Shown: positions 59,221 to 64,000 of the stretch, piece by piece
How the letters are laid out: each line of letters opens with the position of its first letter
Numbering within the stretch: position 1 is the first letter of the stretch
Assembly (NCBI GenBank): GCA_051252175.1
Contig: JBPOFZ010000027.1
Coordinates: forward strand, 1,238-65,237
Source: Opitutaceae bacterium
Lineage (GTDB): Bacteria > Verrucomicrobiota > Verrucomicrobiia > Opitutales > Coraliomargaritaceae
Length of the DNA: 64,000 bases
Reading direction: 5' to 3'
The notes under the pieces: model-generated
The model's database searches: none
Told to the model about the DNA's origin: nothing
The model's input: the letters and a program-made list of their open reading frames with translations, nothing else
Program-made: the position numbers and the translations under genes

Positions 59221-59400
59221 GTGAAAAGTAAACCGACAGAGGCTGCCTGCAACCGATGCGGTCAGCAAACTCCAGGCAAACTCGATGGAGCGCCGCTCTG
59301 TGATGATTGCTACAGCGTCTTTGGGGCTTGCTGCGCAAGCGAGTTCGAGGACGACGAAGTTCTTTGTGATCAGGAGAAGCCTCGTACAGAAGATTCGTAA
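59221..59400 (+). CDS. possible 59-aa Cys-rich (zinc-ribbon-like) micro-protein
   Basis: GTG start, not in the ORF track (under 60 aa). VKSKPTEAACNRCGQQTPGKLDGAPLCDDCYSVFGACCASEFEDDEVLCDQEKPRTEDS has paired CxxC motifs and an acidic tail. There is no homology evidence. Confidence 0.3.
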   Translation: MKSKPTEAACNRCGQQTPGKLDGAPLCDDCYSVFGACCASEFEDDEVLCDQEKPRTEDS

Positions 59401-59513
59401 GCTCGGCTGGGGGAGACGCTTTAAAACGAGCTCTTGATCGGCGTAGCTCCCAGAGCAAAAGCGATTACCAGGCGGAGGGGTTCTTCATCCCCCCAGACTA
59501 ATCGACCTCGGTT

Positions 59514-62003
59514 CTATTTCATCAGTTCCGACAACAGAGCATCCTGTGGCACAGGCATCTGCTCCAATAGTTTTAGAATCTTCGGATCTTCGACGAAACC
59601 ACTCAGGATCGAAACCGTTGCGTAGAGGTATTCGAACTGAAATTCCGTAACTTGTTCACCCGGCCACGTCGCCTCTGGATCGCGGGCGTGCGGTAGCAAA
59701 AAGTTGAGCGCGGTCAGCAGATTGGCTCCTTCGGCGGAACGATATTGAAACAGGTTCTGACCATATTGACGCGCAATCACAGCCAACCGTGCAAAGTGCT
59801 CCAGGTTCTCAGTGCAATAACTCCACGAGCGGGTTCGTTTATACTCTAGTGGTTGCAAACCCTCTGGCGTAATTTGCGTATCAATCCGTTCAGATTTCAC
59901 CCGCTCAATGATCATCGCGGCAAGATTAGTCTCTCCTAGATAATCCGCGATCGCAAGTTGCTGTAGGTCGTAGGCTGTTCCGTGATTATTCTTCGACGCG
60001 CATTCGTCGATCCCATTTGGATGAAACGTAAGCCACTCTAGATAATCGCTGAACCAATCCCGCAATGCAGTCTGCTCATCGAGTGACCACGTGTAGGAAT
60101 CTTCCAATAATCGCAAGGCGTCCATCAGCTCTACAAAAACAAGCGTATCGATAATCCCAGTTCCTCGACCGTCGGTTTTACCGGGGATCGCTTGAGCATG
60201 GTTTAAGTTTGGCAGCATTCCTGTCTCGTCATCCAAAAACCAAACACGGATCAGCTGCTGAGCAAACAGCGCATACCGCTCATCACCCGAGGCGTGGTAG
60301 GCCATCGTCAGCGTCCACACATCTGCGACCATCGCATGCAAGGGCGCACGATCGGAAACGAGATCTCGCTCGGGATTGAACTCCCCGTCCCTACGCACAT
60401 AGGGCAAGCCATCTTCCGTATCTGGATTAGCCCACCAGTAGGGTCCCGTGCTATAGTAAGCGCGCACATCTCCACTTGGCGGCACACGCTCGTTTGCAGT
60501 TACGGAATAAGTTCTACCCGCTTCGATGATCGCGTCTGCTTGACTGAGAGCATCGTCGACCAAGCTGCCAAAACCTTCCGTATCTCCACGAACCACGCGA
60601 CCGACCTGAGCCGGATTCAACACACTGAGTTTTGGAATGACGGTGAACCACGACGGCCCGACCTCACTTCTGTTTAGCAACTGCGGTTCAGTCTCATCGT
60701 AATGAAACGCTGGTTCTCCGCTCTCATCGAAGACATCAAACAACCCACGCTCCCCACGAGCTAGCGTCAGCTTTTTCTTAACGAGCCCATTCATATCCGT
60801 GCGGTCCACTTCTTTACCAAAGGTAACTATGTTTTCCGCAAATTGCACATCGGGCAAATCGCCGACGACTTGAGGAGCTTCTGTCCCAGAGAGATGAATT
60901 AGATTTTTTCGAATCTCGATACCCGTGGGAAGGATCGTGCGACCACGCTCACCGTATCCACCGATCAAATACATTCCAGTACCGAGTGAGTTGACCAACA
61001 AGTTATTTTCAACACTCACATCATGCGCGGCAAAGTATCCATTCAAGGGCGACTTCTCAATCCCAGTATAGAAAACAATGACGCCACCCGTCCGACCGTA
61101 CAAACCTTCGAAGTAGTTATTCCTCACAGTGTGCCCCGTGCCGATGATACGCAACCCAGACGAGCCCTTCTTTCCTTTCCCGATAAATACGTTCCCCTCG
61201 ACGAGGCAATCGTTGCCATGCCGTAGAGTTAGGGTTCCTGCTGATTCAATAAAGACGTTCCCGCGGTAGGTATTGCCACACGTTTTGTTTGAAATGATTT
61301 CAATCTCTCCATCGCAGCGCTCGAATAGATTCGAATCAATCAAACAGCTTCCGACTTTCTCCGAGTCTTGACTCTGCCCCACTTGAATCATTTCAAATCC
61401 ATTTCCATCGCCTTCGGGTCGGTCAACAAAGTGGTTGTGATCGATCCGGTGCTGCGCATCTGCGGTCGACATTCTCACCTGAATAGCAACGCCATTGTGC
61501 CGCTGATTGGCGAAGAGGTTGTGGTCGACCCGATTCTCGCGGCCATACAGTTGCACCCACTTGTAGCGCCGGATCGGATCTCTGGGATTACAGGATTCAA
61601 AAACACAGTTAGTCAATCGACCGTTCTCCGCCTCCCGCTTTCGCGCATCTCGAAAGGTCATAATCCCCTCCATCCCCTCGGGTGGCTCCACGCCTCGAAA
61701 GTACAGATCACTCACCGTAATATGACGCCCGCCGATCCCGACCCAAGAGCGCCCAGCAATCACCGTTTTCCCATCAGGCGCCCCTTTGATGACAATCGGT
61801 TTCTCCTCAGTGCCTTTCGCGCTTATACTGATCTCAACGGATTCCCACGTCCCTTCACTCAACTCCAGAGTGTCGCCCGCCTTCAATTTGCTCAGAGCTT
61901 TTTTTAACTCACCGTGCGACGAAACAAGCGTCGTTTTACCAGAGCTCACTGTTGAAAAGCAGAGGATGCTCATCAGTAGAAAAAGTAGATGTGTATATTT
62001 CAT
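59514..62003 (-). CDS. secreted fusion of a PL6 (chondroitinase-B-like beta-helix) domain and an alginate-lyase (PL5/AlgL-like alpha/alpha toroid) domain
   Basis: Signal peptide. N-terminus KAGDTLELSEGTWESVEISISAKGTEEKPIVIKGA...ITVSDLYFRG is PL6-like. C-terminus YYSTGPYWWANPDTEDGLPYVRRDG...NLNHAQAIPG...KNNHGTAYDLQ is alginate-lyase-domain-like. Confidence 0.7.
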   Translation of the reverse strand: MKYTHLLFLLMSILCFSTVSSGKTTLVSSHGELKKALSKLKAGDTLELSEGTWESVEISISAKGTEEKPIVIKGAPDGKTVIAGRSWVGIGGRHITVSDLYFRGVEPPEGMEGIMTFRDARKREAENGRLTNCVFESCNPRDPIRRYKWVQLYGRENRVDHNLFANQRHNGVAIQVRMSTADAQHRIDHNHFVDRPEGDGNGFEMIQVGQSQDSEKVGSCLIDSNLFERCDGEIEIISNKTCGNTYRGNVFIESAGTLTLRHGNDCLVEGNVFIGKGKKGSSGLRIIGTGHTVRNNYFEGLYGRTGGVIVFYTGIEKSPLNGYFAAHDVSVENNLLVNSLGTGMYLIGGYGERGRTILPTGIEIRKNLIHLSGTEAPQVVGDLPDVQFAENIVTFGKEVDRTDMNGLVKKKLTLARGERGLFDVFDESGEPAFHYDETEPQLLNRSEVGPSWFTVIPKLSVLNPAQVGRVVRGDTEGFGSLVDDALSQADAIIEAGRTYSVTANERVPPSGDVRAYYSTGPYWWANPDTEDGLPYVRRDGEFNPERDLVSDRAPLHAMVADVWTLTMAYHASGDERYALFAQQLIRVWFLDDETGMLPNLNHAQAIPGKTDGRGTGIIDTLVFVELMDALRLLEDSYTWSLDEQTALRDWFSDYLEWLTFHPNGIDECASKNNHGTAYDLQQLAIADYLGETNLAAMIIERVKSERIDTQITPEGLQPLEYKRTRSWSYCTENLEHFARLAVIARQYGQNLFQYRSAEGANLLTALNFLLPHARDPEATWPGEQVTEFQFEYLYATVSILSGFVEDPKILKLLEQMPVPQDALLSELMK

Positions 62004-62037
62004 ATTTATTTAAGTCGTCGACTTCGGGCGGGAGGGG

Positions 62038-62187
62038 AAAGAACGTCGAACGTCGAACATCGAACGTTCAATGTTGAATGATAGATTAGGATTCTGCAGT
62101 CTTATCAATATTCGATGTTCAATGTTCGATGTTCAATGTTCGATGTTCAATGTTCGATGTTCAATGTTCGATGTTCAATGTTCAACG
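62038..62187. repeat. heptanucleotide repeat array (11 x TTCRATG) with a short inverted arm upstream
   Basis: 62111-62187 holds TTCGATG/TTCAATG alternating ten times plus TTCAACG. 62041-62068 holds GAACGTC GAACGTC GAACATC GAACGTT (complementary heptads) around the palindrome GAACGTTC. The last heptad overlaps the ADH stop codon (62182-62184). Confidence 0.95.
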
Positions 62188-63213
62188 CCTCTCACAATCG
62201 ACCAGCACGTGAATGTGCTCATTGCTGTAGTCGCTTCGAATTTCAAAGGCTTCTTGAATGTTTTCTAGAGTGACTGTCTTCGTCACAATTTCATGCGTGT
62301 TCACGAGGCCGTCTAAAAAGAGTTTCACTCCATCTTCGAAGTATCGCCGCATCTCGATGTCTGATTTCGGCTCGGTTGAATGTATCGACAAACGCTTCCG
62401 ATGAACCTTGAAGAAGTCAAAAGGTTTTCGGCATAGCCCGATGCAACCATACATCACGATCTTACCGCCAAACGCGGCCGTATCAACAGCGTCAATCATT
62501 CCATCGCCTTCAAGTAAACACGGAATCACCACGTCGCAGCCATCGGGAAATTGCTCATGAATCGCTTCCGCTGTAGATGAATGCTCCGTCTCTAATTGAA
62601 AGGTATCCGTCGCCCCATACTTTTTTGCCAACTCTAGATTTCTAGGATTCAGATCGGTTACGACGAGGCGCTTTGGTGAATAGAGCGCTACGATTTGAGT
62701 CAGAATCAACCCGCTCACACCTTGCCCCATAATGAGGACCGTCTTGGATGCATCAATCTCCGACAGATCCGCCGCATGGATCACACCCGGCAAAATTTCT
62801 AACAAACTCACGTGCTTCAACGGAACGCTCGACGGCACGACTTTCACATTGAACGGAGAACAAACGATATACTCCGCAAAGGCGCCCCAAACGTATCGGC
62901 AACTCACCTGATCCCCCACCTTTACTCCCGATACATTATCGCCGACTTGATCGATAACTCCCGCCACCTCATGCCCCAACCGTGTTGGGAAACTCAAAAA
63001 CTCAGGCTGACGCGATCCTCGGAACGCCTCGACATCAGAGCCGCAAACACCGACCCACTTTATCTTAACCCGAATCTCATCTGAGCCCGCCTCAGGGATC
63101 TCAGCAAATGCCTGCTCGATCTTTCCCGCCTCGTAGAGCACCGCGATTCGTTGGCTATCCGCAGTTTCCTCAGAGAGGAGCTTTAGATCGGTTTGTTTCA
63201 TCTGCCTTGCCAT
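62182..63213 (-). CDS. zinc-dependent medium-chain alcohol/polyol dehydrogenase
   Basis: GVCGSDVEAFRG...GHEVAGVI zinc/catalytic motif and GQGVSGLIL Rossmann motif. The start is uncertain (ATG 63213 or 63201; the ORF extends to 63276). Confidence 0.85.
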   Translation of the reverse strand: MARQMKQTDLKLLSEETADSQRIAVLYEAGKIEQAFAEIPEAGSDEIRVKIKWVGVCGSDVEAFRGSRQPEFLSFPTRLGHEVAGVIDQVGDNVSGVKVGDQVSCRYVWGAFAEYIVCSPFNVKVVPSSVPLKHVSLLEILPGVIHAADLSEIDASKTVLIMGQGVSGLILTQIVALYSPKRLVVTDLNPRNLELAKKYGATDTFQLETEHSSTAEAIHEQFPDGCDVVIPCLLEGDGMIDAVDTAAFGGKIVMYGCIGLCRKPFDFFKVHRKRLSIHSTEPKSDIEMRRYFEDGVKLFLDGLVNTHEIVTKTVTLENIQEAFEIRSDYSNEHIHVLVDCERR

Positions 63214-63298
63214 CCACTTATCATAACCGATATTTTTGCACTTACAAATAGTGATAGCAGACACAAAACTTATCATTATCGACTATTTTGCCCCCACC

Positions 63299-64000
63299 AT
63301 GCCGTCTTCCCCTCAGATAGAACTCCTGTATCACCGCCGCGGTGCCTTTCCACAGGGATCTCGCTTCAAATGGCACGAGCACCCATTCTGGCAGCTAGAG
63401 ATTTCGCTCAGTTCGGGGATCGAGGTGCTACTCGACACGCAAACGCTCCTCCTCGCGCCGGGCGACTGTTTCATCATCGCGCCACGCCAAAAGCATTGCT
63501 TTCGCTATACCGCACCTTCCAACAGCTATCTATCGATTAAATACAATCTCATCGACGGCATCGAGAATCCACGAACCGGGCATATTGAAAATACCGAGCT
63601 ACTGACGCTCTTCACGCAACTGCTCCAAAACCTGATCCCCGAAGGCGAACATCCACCCCTGGAAAACGCCGCGGTCATTCGGCAAGTGGTCGAAAGCCTC
63701 CTCACGCATTTTAACGAATCCTCGAAACGGAAGACTGCCGAGCATTCACCACAGCAGACGCATCTAGCCTCGCGTGTCCTCAACATCATCGAGAAAAACA
63801 AAGGCTGCACTCGCCGCGTCGATGAAGTTGCTCACCAACTGGGCATCTCCCAGAGTCACCTCCGCTCTCAATTCAAGAAGGAAACCGGCGCGACGCTAAA
63901 AAGCAAACTCGACGCAAGCACCATGGAGCAAGCTCGATTCCTGCTTCACTATTCAGGGAGCAGCATCTCAGAAATCGCCACGACGCTTGGCTTTTCAGAC
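63299..64000 (+). CDS. AraC family transcriptional regulator (3' end beyond the window)
   Basis: ATG at 63299. Cupin-like N-terminus (WHEHPFWQLEISL...APGDCFIIAP). The C-terminal HTH is beginning (VDEVAHQLGISQSHLRSQFKKETG...ISEIATTLGFSD). Not in the ORF track because it is open at the right edge. Confidence 0.8.
   Translation, partial: MPSSPQIELLYHRRGAFPQGSRFKWHEHPFWQLEISLSSGIEVLLDTQTLLLAPGDCFIIAPRQKHCFRYTAPSNSYLSIKYNLIDGIENPRTGHIENTELLTLFTQLLQNLIPEGEHPPLENAAVIRQVVESLLTHFNESSKRKTAEHSPQQTHLASRVLNIIEKNKGCTRRVDEVAHQLGISQSHLRSQFKKETGATLKSKLDASTMEQARFLLHYSGSSISEIATTLGFSD

Noticed and set aside
59201-59458. 85-aa minus-strand ORF downstream of the YbdG-like gene.
   Set aside because: It overlaps the channel gene's 3' end and has no motifs. 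The plus-strand Cys-rich micro-ORF is the more plausible (still tentative) coding frame.
62071-62268. 65-aa ORF MLNDRLGFCSLINIRCSMFDVQCSMFNVRCSMFDVQCS...
   Set aside because: It is simply the translation of the heptanucleotide array. A 7-nt period cycles through all three frames, which produces the pseudo-repetitive peptide.

Overview
The window looks like a chromosomal segment from a marine polysaccharide-degrading bacterium. The proteins suggest PVC/Verrucomicrobiota, but that placement is inference only. About two thirds is ordinary core genome. This includes a partial hemN, a colinear mlaEFDCA lipid-transport operon, and the classical tRNA-Thr/tuf/tRNA-Trp/secE/nusG/rplKAJL/rpoBC block. 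It also includes a ZnuABC-type metal importer, rnhB, katG, two MscS-family channels, an LpxH-like phosphoesterase, rnhC, and small regulator/efflux modules.

The accessory content falls into three parts.

(1) A decayed island without an integrase lies directly 3' of tRNA-Gly (about 4.8-13.4 kb). It carries a truncated regulator pseudogene and a PaeR7I/XhoI-like type II R-M pair. It also carries a visibly AT-rich, translationally coupled three-gene operon (8618-12313). I read this operon as a Lamassu / ABC-3C / DdmABC-like defence system: a Cap4-type nuclease effector, a small middle component, and a DUF3732 SMC/Rad50-like ATPase with a CxxC hook. A 1.1-kb ORF-poor tract full of unusual repeats follows it.

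(2) A glycan-utilisation cluster (27.8-36 kb) contains three mosaic, mutually paralogous right-handed beta-helix proteins next to a GH29 fucosidase.

(3) A PL6 + alginate-lyase fusion gene has an ADH and an AraC regulator as neighbours.

Several dispersed repeat families are also visible: heptanucleotide TTCRATG arrays, a REP-like GTAGAAGCGGTTTTAACCGCTT palindrome, and a MITE-like element. There is also an IS1380-type transposase remnant. The Lamassu-like operon and the repeat tract after it are the best candidates for follow-up. The family itself has been described, so I do not claim a wholly new system. All family assignments come from motif recognition by eye, not from searches.
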